DNA of 64,000 bases from positions 4,862 through 68,861 of the forward strand of contig JAZKBR010000007.1 of NCBI GenBank assembly GCA_040388535.1, written 5' to 3'. The translations under genes were made by a program, and so were the position numbers. Positions 7,916 to 16,615 of this stretch are shown piece after piece. Origin of the DNA: Gemmatimonadota bacterium. Its GTDB lineage: Bacteria; Gemmatimonadota; Gemmatimonadetes; Gemmatimonadales; GWC2-71-9. The notes below the pieces were generated by a model. That model searched no databases. It was not told where the DNA came from and saw only the letters and a program-made list of their open reading frames with translations. The stretch's first letter is position 1; every line of letters starts with the position of its first letter.

Positions 7916-8391
7916 GACGCCCTCCGGCCCAGTGAGGACTGCAACCGGCGAGCCGCCCGCCAGGCGTCGACCGAGGCGTTTCCAGGTCCAACCGAAGCAA
8001 CCGCCAGCAAGGCCGCCAGATAGAGCAGGTCGAGTTCGTAACCGACCGGGCCGAACGTCGCACCCGAATCGCTGACCGACAGCAGTCGCACCGAGGAAAA
8101 GCCATACTGCAGATGCACCGTCAGCATCGCCGTCACCAGGACGATGGTGAGCGGGATGGCGAGCAGCGAGACGAAGGCCCCCGCCATCACCCCGATGCCA
8201 CCCACCAACTCCACCACCGTCGTCAGCCACGCCATCAGGTGCGGTGCAGGCACGTGCAGCGACACGAGGATCTCCGCAAAGTGCTCCGGACCTCGGGCGA
8301 GCTTGGCATACCCGTGGGCCGCAAATCCGAAGCCGACCACGAGACGAAGCAGGATGAGCATCAAGTCGCGCCGTGCGTTGAACGTTGCCAT
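7912..8391 (-). CDS. DoxX-family membrane protein
   Basis: 159 aa, 4 TM segments; LLRLVVGFGFAAHGYAKL is typical of DoxX. Confidence 0.8.
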   Translation of the reverse strand: MATFNARRDLMLILLRLVVGFGFAAHGYAKLARGPEHFAEILVSLHVPAPHLMAWLTTVVELVGGIGVMAGAFVSLLAIPLTIVLVTAMLTVHLQYGFSSVRLLSVSDSGATFGPVGYELDLLYLAALLAVASVGPGNASVDAWRAARRLQSSLGRRAS

Positions 8392-8397
8392 CGTGCC

Positions 8398-9378
8398 TCA
8401 GGGTGTGATGGGGTAGTTGCGCCACCGCATCGCCACGCGACGCGCCGGATCCAATCCCGATTCAGCCTCACGCTGCAGCACACGCCCGAGCGCTGGCGAT
8501 AGCTCCTTCGCCGTCAGCGTCTCGAAACCGATCGATGCGTAGAACGGCCCATTCCAGGGAACGTCGCGGAATGTCGTCAGCGTCACTGCGCGGCAGCCAG
8601 AGGTCGCGGCCCAGTCGCACACGGCGCGCACGAGTCGTCGCCCGATCCCGCGGCGACCGTGATCCGGGTGCACGTCAAGTTCGGCCAGATGCGCACTCCC
8701 CGCCTCAATGATCTCCACGTGCGCGAAGCCGCTCGGCACGTCGCTCCGTCGCGCGACCCAGAGATGCCCGCGCTGCTGCGCCGCGAGCAGGCTCTCCGGG
8801 GAGGTGGTCTCAGCAAGCACCGCCGCTGGTGCGTGCCCCGCAAGGAGCGCTGCGGCGGCCACTTCGATCTCTCCAAGGCGCGGGATCTCGTCGGGCCGCG
8901 CCATCCCGATCTGGTATGTCGACGCACGCACGAGATGGAGTATCGGAAAGGGCCGGCCGCCGTCGTCCGTTGCCGAGCGGCCCGCGACTTCGAAGCCCTG
9001 CTTCTGGTAGAAGCGCAACGCCGCCGGATTCTGTTCGTTGACATCGACCCGGAGCGGCGCATTCGCGAGCCCCTCGGCGATGGCCACCAACGCGGTGCCA
9101 CCGCCCCTTCCCTGATATTCGGGATCGAGAAAGAGTGCTTCGATGGCGTTGTTGGCGAAGCCGAGGAAGCCGGCTCGCTCGCTATTGTCGCCGACCAGAA
9201 CCCACCAGCCGATCGCGTTGCCGGCGAGTTCGACAGCCACGAGCGGGCGCAGTGACTCGATGTCGGCTTCGGTGAGAAAGTTGTGCGACGCGCGCGCCGA
9301 CCGCTCCCAGAGGGAGAGCAGCGCGTCGCTGTCGTCAGCAGTGGCGGGGCGGACCTGCAGCGATTGATGGTCGTTCAT
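8398..9378 (-). CDS. tandem double-GNAT acetyltransferase
   Basis: 326 aa with two acetyl-CoA binding motifs (QGRGGGTALV and HGRRGIGRRLV). Confidence 0.8.
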   Translation of the reverse strand: MNDHQSLQVRPATADDSDALLSLWERSARASHNFLTEADIESLRPLVAVELAGNAIGWWVLVGDNSERAGFLGFANNAIEALFLDPEYQGRGGGTALVAIAEGLANAPLRVDVNEQNPAALRFYQKQGFEVAGRSATDDGGRPFPILHLVRASTYQIGMARPDEIPRLGEIEVAAAALLAGHAPAAVLAETTSPESLLAAQQRGHLWVARRSDVPSGFAHVEIIEAGSAHLAELDVHPDHGRRGIGRRLVRAVCDWAATSGCRAVTLTTFRDVPWNGPFYASIGFETLTAKELSPALGRVLQREAESGLDPARRVAMRWRNYPITP

Positions 9379-9436
9379 GGGGGAGCGAACGCATTGCTCC
9401 CCGGTCAGGTTCCATCGGCGTGACAGCGAGCTGCAA

Positions 9437-9871
9437 CTACTTCGCGATGAAGCTTGCCTGCATCCCCATCGCGATGTGTGGCGGCAGCGAATCGGCGTCC
9501 TTGAACTGGCAGATCATCACGTAGGTCCGGCCCGCCACGAGGGTGGCGGAAACGGTCCCGAGTGAGCGCTGCCCGGCCGGCGCGATCAGAATTCCGACCA
9601 CGCCGTCGGCGAGATCTCCGGGATCGCCTCCCTTGCTCGCATAGGCCAGCATCGAATCCGCCGAAATGCCGACCTTCAGCTGACCAAGCGCCATCTCATG
9701 CGGCACCTTGCCGCGATTATCGAGGCGAAAGGTGGCGGGCCCCGCTGGCATCTCCTTCGGGGTCTGAAAGGCGTAGTCGGTCGCGGGGATGACAGTCTCT
9801 TGCGGGGGAGACGGTGTGCAGGCGGCAAGTGTAAATGGAAGCAGGAACCAGCAGCGTCGCGCGTTCGACAT
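9437..9871 (-). CDS. hypothetical lipoprotein, possibly cupredoxin-like
   Basis: 144 aa with lipobox TLAAC. A possible His/Cys/His/Met ligand set (VPHEM ... MICQF ... PPHIAMGM) is only suggestive. Confidence 0.55.
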   Translation of the reverse strand: MSNARRCWFLLPFTLAACTPSPPQETVIPATDYAFQTPKEMPAGPATFRLDNRGKVPHEMALGQLKVGISADSMLAYASKGGDPGDLADGVVGILIAPAGQRSLGTVSATLVAGRTYVMICQFKDADSLPPHIAMGMQASFIAK

Positions 9872-9890
9872 CGTTAGCCTCGTCGAGTGC

Positions 9891-10451
9891 CTAGTGATCC
9901 ATCCGCGAAGTATCGCTTGCCGCGCATTCGGAGATCGGCGCGGGCTCCGCGACTCCCGTACGTGTCAGCCAGCACTCACCGTAGAGGGAGCAGTAGCAGA
10001 TCCGGCTGGTGAGGCGATGATCCTGCGCCATGGCGTTGCCACTGAGACTCCCTGCGACAATTGTGAGCACGTGTACCGTGTGGCCCGGCAGGAGCACCGT
10101 CCCCGGCCCGACCGCCGAAAAGAAGTAGCCCTTCGGCTCCTGTCCCGACAGCAGCCCCTTCACGACCGGCGCCCACGATTGCTGCACCGTGTCGTCCCAG
10201 CGTGCCTCGTACGCTTTCACGAGCGCAGGACCGAGGCCGACGTTGGTGATGGTCCGGTCGTAACGTCCGGCCGAGTCTGACGATTCCTGGGCGAGCCGCG
10301 GCCAGACCGACATCCGGTCGTGCTCGCGCGTTGCCTTCGCCTCATAGAGCGTGATGCCGAGTGACGCGACGGCGATCACGATCGCCGACATTTCGGCAAG
10401 CGTGGCGAGCCAGCGCTTGCGGTGGGGGCGCGGTGGTTCAGGCAGTGTCAC
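9891..10451 (-). CDS. hypothetical membrane-anchored protein
   Basis: 186 aa, GTG start, a single N-terminal TM segment (AIVIAVASLGITLY). No family recognised. Confidence 0.55.
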   Translation of the reverse strand: MTLPEPPRPHRKRWLATLAEMSAIVIAVASLGITLYEAKATREHDRMSVWPRLAQESSDSAGRYDRTITNVGLGPALVKAYEARWDDTVQQSWAPVVKGLLSGQEPKGYFFSAVGPGTVLLPGHTVHVLTIVAGSLSGNAMAQDHRLTSRICYCSLYGECWLTRTGVAEPAPISECAASDTSRMDH

Positions 10452-10543
10452 GGTTCATCGCCAGGGAAAGGATGCGGCGCGGACGAGGGACGCATCGCGT
10501 CACCGATCAAGAATGGCGTCGAACGAAGGGCGGTGCAACCGGG

Positions 10544-10993
10544 TCAGCTCGTGCCGAGCTGCCAGGCGTCAGGTGGGACCTTCACGCTGGCGCACACGGG
10601 AGTACCATCCCGGCCCCGCCCCGCGATCGATACCTTGAGAACGCTTCCCGGCTCCGCCAGCGCTCGCCGGACCAGTTCGGCGCTGATGCCCGTGAGCGGA
10701 ATCTTTGCACGCCGGTTCCAGCCGCCTCCATCCTGGCCCGCATAGCTCCCGACGTTGATATAGACGAACCGCTTGGCCGGCGGCCCCTGGGTGACCGGAC
10801 CATAGAACCCGACCGGCCCGTCACTCTCCGGAAGACTGACCCGCACATTGAAATCGAAGACCACGGCCGTTGGGGAGGCCGAGGTCGGCTCGATCAGATT
10901 GAATTGCCCCGACTGCATCCGGAGTGCAACGCCAGGGACCGGGTCGCGCACGATGATGCGGAGGGCGAGCACGTCCGTCGCGTGCGCGGCCAC
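10544..10993 (-). CDS. small conserved hypothetical protein (possibly DUF5990-like, unverified)
   Basis: 149 aa. The GTG start shares 1 nt with the stop of the upstream FAD-binding gene (TAGTG). GC3 is high. Confidence 0.6.
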   Translation of the reverse strand: MAAHATDVLALRIIVRDPVPGVALRMQSGQFNLIEPTSASPTAVVFDFNVRVSLPESDGPVGFYGPVTQGPPAKRFVYINVGSYAGQDGGGWNRRAKIPLTGISAELVRRALAEPGSVLKVSIAGRGRDGTPVCASVKVPPDAWQLGTS

Positions 10994-12216
10994 TAGTAGA
11001 TGTGCAGCTTGTCGAGGAGCGCCATCGGACTGTCAACGCACTCGAACAGATCCTTGTTGTGCTTGATCATCTTGCTGCGCATGTAGACGCGCAGCCACTG
11101 CTTGTAAGTATAGAGCTCGTGGCGCGCGAGGAGTTCCGGCAAAGGGAGGTCGCGCTGGTCCAGCAGCCCTGCGAGGTACATCGCGCATTCGAAGCCGAGC
11201 GAGATCGACTGGAAGTAGGGCGAGCCGATCGCCGAGTCGCCCACCACGAACACCGGCGAGCGGGTGAAGGGATGCTCGCCCGGCCCATTTGCAAGCCACT
11301 GTCGGTTCGTCGCGTTGCGCGCTCGATACAGATTGAGCGGGATCCGCACGATCTCCAGCTCCCCGATGATCTCGCCGTGCGTCTCCTCCTTGATCTTCTC
11401 GATGAACCGGTCCATCGAATTGGCGACATCGCGGAAGTTTGCGCGGAGCCATTCGCCATCGAACCGGGGCGGCATCGCGGCATAGTCCTCCGCCGTGATG
11501 TTCACGATCCCCGTGACATGACTCACCGCGCCATCGTAGCAGGTCCGGCCCACGGCCGGGATGAACTTGTACTGCGGGTTGTCGGCATTCTTGTAGTACT
11601 TGCAGTACTCGTTGCACTCGTACGGCTGGCCATAGAGAAAGGTGATCACGATGGCGTATTCGAGCCGGATGTCGACGGTATTCGACCCTGCGCTGGTCGC
11701 ATCTCCCCCCGGGACGAGTTGATCGCGCAGCAATGACCTCGCCCCGGTGCAATCGATCAGGATGTCATCGGGTTCCAGCATCGCGATCGCGTCGGCAGCC
11801 GAGACCAGGCCGGAGAATCGCTGTACCGGAGTCGACACCCGAGCGGAAATCAGGTCACTCAGTGAGCGCTCGATGACGTTGAGCGGGACAAAGCCGCGCG
11901 ACCACTCGTGCAGAAGCGCCGAGAGGTCGGCTGGGATCGACCGCCGGAAGGTCAGCCCTTCCTCGAGTTCCTGCGGATCGAACACGGCCTCGACGTTCTC
12001 GCCGTCGATATGGTCGGCGCGATAGCTCTCGGCCGAATCGGCCACCAGGTAGGAAGCAAGCTGCACCATACGCGTCCGGGTGTAGTCGCTCCGCTTCTCA
12101 TGCAGATGGACCGTGAACCCCGTTCTCGGCTGGAGCAATGCCGTCATGAGGAGACCCACGGGCCCCGCACCGATGATGTGTACCCGGCGGTGCCGGTTCT
12201 GGAACGATGGCTTCAT
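10993..12216 (-). CDS. FAD/NAD(P)-binding oxidoreductase (monooxygenase-like)
   Basis: Rossmann motif VHIIGAGPVGLL lies near the N-terminus and a GD motif (VVGDSAIGSPYF) near the C-terminus. ATG at 12216 follows GAGGA. The track ORF starts 7 codons earlier. Confidence 0.75.
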   Translation of the reverse strand: MKPSFQNRHRRVHIIGAGPVGLLMTALLQPRTGFTVHLHEKRSDYTRTRMVQLASYLVADSAESYRADHIDGENVEAVFDPQELEEGLTFRRSIPADLSALLHEWSRGFVPLNVIERSLSDLISARVSTPVQRFSGLVSAADAIAMLEPDDILIDCTGARSLLRDQLVPGGDATSAGSNTVDIRLEYAIVITFLYGQPYECNEYCKYYKNADNPQYKFIPAVGRTCYDGAVSHVTGIVNITAEDYAAMPPRFDGEWLRANFRDVANSMDRFIEKIKEETHGEIIGELEIVRIPLNLYRARNATNRQWLANGPGEHPFTRSPVFVVGDSAIGSPYFQSISLGFECAMYLAGLLDQRDLPLPELLARHELYTYKQWLRVYMRSKMIKHNKDLFECVDSPMALLDKLHIY

Positions 12217-12289
12217 CGGGGGTCCTCGGGGGCGCAAACGGGGCTGGGCCGAGCCCAGGGCGAATCACTCCGGCGACAAAGGTAGCGAT

Positions 12290-12598
12290 TCAGCTCGCGA
12301 CTCGCGCCGCCACCATGGCAATGATCATCCCACCGAGTGCGCCAATCGCCAGGATCGGCCGCCATGCCTTGGTGACGATCGCCGACGGTGCGCTGAGGAG
12401 GAGGCCGAGGGAGAGCCCTGTGACCCAGGGCGGCCAGGGGAGCACCACCACGCAGATGACGAAGCCGATGGCGAAGCGGTCGATGAACGCCGCGAGCAGT
12501 GCGGCGCGCTTGTCGGGGAAATTCATCGGCAGCATCATCGCGACGGCAAGCACCCCGAACAGGGTGCCGCAGATGAGACCCAGCGTCACGCTCGTCAC
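12290..12598 (-). CDS. small integral membrane protein
   Basis: 102 aa, 3-4 hydrophobic segments, overlaps the upstream gene by 4 nt. Confidence 0.6.
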   Translation of the reverse strand: MTSVTLGLICGTLFGVLAVAMMLPMNFPDKRAALLAAFIDRFAIGFVICVVVLPWPPWVTGLSLGLLLSAPSAIVTKAWRPILAIGALGGMIIAMVAARVAS

Positions 12599-13071
12599 GA
12601 TTCTCCTTCCTTCAGCAGGTAGTACACCTCGGTTTTGAGCTCCGCCGGATCATTGCTCCAGTGCCCGTACACTTCCCACGACGGGCCGGCAATAGAGCGG
12701 TTGTTGGCGCGGCACCACTCGTGAATCGCCGCATTCGCCTCGCCGAGCCGACTGTAGTCGCCAACGTGCGTGGTCATCGCCGCCGGGCCGCTCGGCGTCT
12801 GCAGCGGCTGCACCTCTCCCACTGCGGTGAATGGCGCCGTGACACCGACGCAGAAATCAACCGAAAGCGTCGTCGGCGTCGCCGAGCGATAGATGAAGAT
12901 GTTCTGGCCATCGAGCTGCACGGCGCCCGCCTTCGCCGCCGCATAGATCTGATCGAGGCGAAGGCCGAATTCCTGCCCCACTTTCCCACGGGCGACCTGT
13001 GCCCGTACGCCCGCAACGAGTCGGGGTGCGGCCTGTACTTCGAGCACCTGGTGCGGAGTATCCGGCATCAA
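12595..13071 (-). CDS. GyrI-like small-molecule-binding domain protein
   Basis: 158 aa; the C-terminal sequence SWEVYGHWSNDPAELKTEVYYLLK is typical of the GyrI-like/AraC-effector-binding fold. Confidence 0.7.
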   Translation of the reverse strand: MMPDTPHQVLEVQAAPRLVAGVRAQVARGKVGQEFGLRLDQIYAAAKAGAVQLDGQNIFIYRSATPTTLSVDFCVGVTAPFTAVGEVQPLQTPSGPAAMTTHVGDYSRLGEANAAIHEWCRANNRSIAGPSWEVYGHWSNDPAELKTEVYYLLKEGES

Positions 13072-13589
13072 CCACTCTCCTGAGGCGGGATCATTTCGAC
13101 GACCACTGCGGACGGCGACATACCGAGAATTCCCCGCTCACCCGGGAGCTCGGGCGCGCGACGCGCCACCGCGAAGAGCGCCCGCGCGCTGACCGCGCCA
13201 AGCGCTGCACTCATCACGGTCAACACTGCAAAGAGCGGAACGGCCTGCACCGCACCACTCACGAGGACGAGCGGCGTGTAGAGCAGGAGCGGAAAGCTGA
13301 CGCCACCAAGTGCGCCCCACCAGGTGACGCGCCGCACAGAAAGTTGGTGCAATTGCGAGTGACGGCCGAGGCCCCAGATGGCCAGGCCAAATGCCAGCCC
13401 GCATGCGGCTCCCCACAGCGCCCCCGCTCCGAGAAACGCGCCCAGCAGCCGCAAGGCGCGACCCCATACCGTACCGGCCTGCCAGGGCTGATATCGGATG
13501 AGGTAGAACGAGGCCCCGAGGAGGCCACCCACGATCGCCCAGGTAATCGCCGTTCCGATGAGTCCCCGGATCCGTCGCAATATCTGCAT
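13068..13589 (-). CDS. integral membrane protein, hypothetical
   Basis: 173 aa, multiple TM segments, AGGAG upstream of the ATG. Confidence 0.6.
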   Translation of the reverse strand: MQILRRIRGLIGTAITWAIVGGLLGASFYLIRYQPWQAGTVWGRALRLLGAFLGAGALWGAACGLAFGLAIWGLGRHSQLHQLSVRRVTWWGALGGVSFPLLLYTPLVLVSGAVQAVPLFAVLTVMSAALGAVSARALFAVARRAPELPGERGILGMSPSAVVVEMIPPQESG

Positions 13590-13763
13590 GCTCAGCTCCT
13601 GCTACTGGGGCGCCCGACCAGTGCCGCGCGCGCGATGGCCCTGAAACAGAGACTACTCGTCCCGTGGCGGAACCGCCATCGAGCGACCGGTGTTCCAGTC
13701 TCGCCCGTCCCCTGAACCGCGACTATCATTGCCACCCGCAGCTCACCCCGACCCGAGAATCTC

Positions 13764-14174
13764 ATGACCGACACCGCTTCCCCGCTCAACGCAACCGTGC
13801 TCGGTTGCTCGATCACCTGCAAGGATATCAACGCCTCCATCGCCTTCTACCGTGACGCCATCGGCTTCAACGTCGGGATGACCTTCGAGCAGGAAGGGAA
13901 GATCGCCGGCGCCATCATCAGCTCGGGCCAGATCCAGATCGTCCTCAACCAGGACGATGGCAAGCTCGGCTGGGACCGGATCAAGGGCCAGGGGATCTAC
14001 CTCCAGATCAACGTGCCGAGCTATGCCGACGTCGATGGCGCGGCAGTGCGAATCAAGGCGGCTGGTGGGACGCTGCTGAGCGAGCCCGCCGATCGCCCCT
14101 GGGGCGCCCGGATGTTCCAGTTCAAGGATCTCGACGGCTTCAAGCTTGGCGTGTCGACGCCGCTGAAGGGGTAG
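13764..14174 (+). CDS. VOC/glyoxalase-family protein
   Basis: 136 aa (INASIAFYRDAIGF ... PWGARMFQFKDLDGFKL). Confidence 0.8.
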   Translation: MTDTASPLNATVLGCSITCKDINASIAFYRDAIGFNVGMTFEQEGKIAGAIISSGQIQIVLNQDDGKLGWDRIKGQGIYLQINVPSYADVDGAAVRIKAAGGTLLSEPADRPWGARMFQFKDLDGFKLGVSTPLKG

Positions 14175-14190
14175 GCTCCGACCGCTGCTG

Positions 14191-14748
14191 CTAGCGCCGT
14201 TCTCCGGCCTTGTCCGCTACGAGGGTGAGCACCTTCACCAGCGTCTCCTCATCTCGGGGACCATCGTAGCGGATGCCGTCGATGAACAGTGTCGGCGTGC
14301 CATTGACCCCACTTCGAATGCCTGCCATGAACGATTCGCGAATAATGCCCTGATAGCGCCCTCCCCGCAGGTCATCTAGCAGCATCTCACCATCGACTCC
14401 AGCCTTTACCGCGTACCGGGCCAGATCCCCGTCGGCCAGTGCGTTCTGGTGCACAAACAGCAGATCGTGCATCGTCCAGAACGCCTCCGCGCCACCGCGA
14501 GCGGCCACCGCCTCGGCGGCCTCCGCCGCGTGCTCGGCGTGCCGATGCATATCGGAGAGCGGAAAGCTGCGAAACACAAAGCGCAGCCGATGACCGAGGC
14601 GCTCACGCACCCGCTTGAGGACTGGATGGGCGGCACCACAATAGGGACACTCGAAATCGCCGTATTCGACGAGGGTCACCTCGGCGCGCTCATCCCCATC
14701 CACGTGATCCGTGGGGCCGACTGGCGGCTTCAATTCCGGTGCGCTCAT
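14191..14748 (-). CDS. DsbA-like thioredoxin-fold protein
   Basis: 185 aa with a CPYC active-site motif (YGDFECPYCGAAHP) and GTPTLFI near the C-terminus. Confidence 0.85.
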   Translation of the reverse strand: MSAPELKPPVGPTDHVDGDERAEVTLVEYGDFECPYCGAAHPVLKRVRERLGHRLRFVFRSFPLSDMHRHAEHAAEAAEAVAARGGAEAFWTMHDLLFVHQNALADGDLARYAVKAGVDGEMLLDDLRGGRYQGIIRESFMAGIRSGVNGTPTLFIDGIRYDGPRDEETLVKVLTLVADKAGERR

Positions 14749-14772
14749 GGTTTGCTCCTTGATGTGGTGGGA

Positions 14773-15246
14773 TCACGCTGAGCCAATACTTTCCAATGCC
14801 TCGAGAATGCCATCTGCACCCGGGTTCACGCCCGCGGGTGAGAGATACGACCATCGAATGATCCCCTCCGCGTCGATCACGAAGAGCGCCCGCTCGCTGG
14901 TGCCTTCCTGCTCGTTGTAGACACCATAGGCGCGAGCGACCTGGCCCTTCGGCTCGAAGTCCGACAACAACGGCAGCGCGAGGCTGTGGCCCTCCTTGAA
15001 GGCTGCGTGACACCAGGAGCCATCGACGGAGATGCCGACCACCGCCACATCGAGGCGATCCCACTCCGATCGCAGCGCGCTATACAGCGCCATCTGGTCG
15101 CCACACACTGGACTCCAATCGGCTGGGTAAAAGGCGAGCACCAGCGGTCGCCCGCGAAAACTTTCCAGGGTGCGCAGTTGCCCTGGCGCATCCGGCAGCG
15201 CGAATGAAGGAGCCGTGGTTCCGGCTGGAAGGAGCGACAACGACAT
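14773..15246 (-). CDS. peroxiredoxin (AhpC/TSA, AhpE/PrxQ-like)
   Basis: ATG at 15246 follows GGAGG. The sequence contains LAFYPADWSPVCGDQ with the peroxidatic Cys. The track ORF has a 41-codon N-terminal extension. Confidence 0.85.
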   Translation of the reverse strand: MSLSLLPAGTTAPSFALPDAPGQLRTLESFRGRPLVLAFYPADWSPVCGDQMALYSALRSEWDRLDVAVVGISVDGSWCHAAFKEGHSLALPLLSDFEPKGQVARAYGVYNEQEGTSERALFVIDAEGIIRWSYLSPAGVNPGADGILEALESIGSA

Positions 15247-15339
15247 CAGAACCTCCAGATCACAGGATGTCGCACAGTCGACGCCTGCACTGACGCCGCT
15301 GCAGCAATGATACGGTTTGAAAACGGGCGCGACTATCGG

Positions 15340-15372
15340 ACTTTGGTATCGGCAAGGCCCCGGCACCAAAGT
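15340..15372. promoter_or_regulatory. perfect 8-bp inverted repeat ACTTTGGT-N17-ACCAAAGT in the divergent peroxiredoxin / hydrolase intergenic region, abutting a TACAAT box
   Basis: Read directly: ACTTTGGT at 15340-15347, ACCAAAGT at 15365-15372, TACAAT at 15372-15377. Confidence 0.3.
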
Positions 15373-15449
15373 ACAATATCGAGCAGACGGAGCGGTGAGT
15401 AACTAGAACCGAGAGTGCGTATGGCGCCACCACGAATGGAGCGATACCA

Positions 15450-16481
15450 ATGTCGAACCCACACCACCGCGATCGCCGCGAATTTGTCGGCGCCGCGATC
15501 CTGGCCCTCGCGGGCACGAGGTTGGGAATCATGCAAGGAACGAATCCAGCGGCGCGCACCAGCAGCAGCAGCTTGTCGGCCCCTCCGCTGGGGCCGATCA
15601 GGCAGATCGATGCGGGGGTACTCAACGTCGGGTATGCCGAGGCGGGTCCGGCCACCGGCCCAGTCGTGGTGCTGCTGCACGGGTGGCCCTACGACATCTG
15701 GAGCTTTGCGGAGGTCACTCCACTTCTCGCCGCCGCAGGCTACCGAGTGATCGTCCCGTACCTGCGCGGCTTTGGCTCCACATCATTCCGGTCGAGGAGC
15801 GCAATGAGGAACGGTCAGCCGGCCGCCCTCGCGCTCGATGCGGTCGCCCTGATGGATGCACTGCGCATCGAGCGCGCGACGATCGCCGGGTTTGACTGGG
15901 GCGCCCGCACCGCTGCCATCGTGGCGGCGCTCTGGCCCGATCGATGCCGGGGGCTGGTGTCGGTGAGCGGCTACCTGATCGGCGCCCAGGCAGCAGGCGG
16001 GACGCCATTGCCACCCGCCGCAGAGTTGCAGTGGTGGTACCAGTACTACTTCGCGACGGAGCGGGGTCGCGCCGGGTACGAGAAGTATCGCAAGGAATTT
16101 GCGAGGCTCATCTGGAAGCTCGCTTCGCCGCAATGGGCGTTTGACGACGAGACGCTTGATCGCTCCGCCGCAGCGTTCGACAATCCCGACCACGTCGATG
16201 TCGTGATTCACAACTACCGCTGGCGGCTCGGGCTGGCCGACGGCGAGGCGCAGTACGCCGCCGTGGAACAGCGTCTCGCCACGGCGCCGGTCGTTACCGT
16301 CCCCACGATCACCCTGGAGGGCGATGCCAATGGCGCGCCGCACCCTGAGGCCACGGCATATGCCGGAAAGTTCACGGGCCGCTACGCGCACCGGTTGATC
16401 AAGGGCGGTGTCGGTCACAACCTGCCCCAGGAAGCTCCGCGCGCCTTCGCCGATGCCGTACTCGAGGTCGCCAAGGTCTAG
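15450..16481 (+). CDS. Tat-signal alpha/beta hydrolase, epoxide-hydrolase/dehalogenase-like
   Basis: Twin-arginine motif HRDRREFVGAA, HGWP oxyanion motif and Asp nucleophile GFDWGA. GGAG lies 8 nt upstream. Confidence 0.8.
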   Translation: MSNPHHRDRREFVGAAILALAGTRLGIMQGTNPAARTSSSSLSAPPLGPIRQIDAGVLNVGYAEAGPATGPVVVLLHGWPYDIWSFAEVTPLLAAAGYRVIVPYLRGFGSTSFRSRSAMRNGQPAALALDAVALMDALRIERATIAGFDWGARTAAIVAALWPDRCRGLVSVSGYLIGAQAAGGTPLPPAAELQWWYQYYFATERGRAGYEKYRKEFARLIWKLASPQWAFDDETLDRSAAAFDNPDHVDVVIHNYRWRLGLADGEAQYAAVEQRLATAPVVTVPTITLEGDANGAPHPEATAYAGKFTGRYAHRLIKGGVGHNLPQEAPRAFADAVLEVAKV

Positions 16482-16615
16482 TGTAACGGAGGGAATGGCG
16501 GGAGGCCGGACGCCGTCACATAATTGGGTGAGGTGGATCCCTCGCTGAGCCGCGAACCCGATCGGGAGCACTCCCTCTTCTGATCCTGCCCTGCCTTACC
16601 CTGCTCCTGCTCGGG

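Noticed and set aside
7487-8425. 312-aa ORF as a single protein
   Set aside because: Only the C-terminal 142 aa resemble a GNAT. The upstream part overlaps the well-supported DoxX gene in another frame, and a GTG with a GTGA overlap at 7915 gives a normal-sized GNAT.
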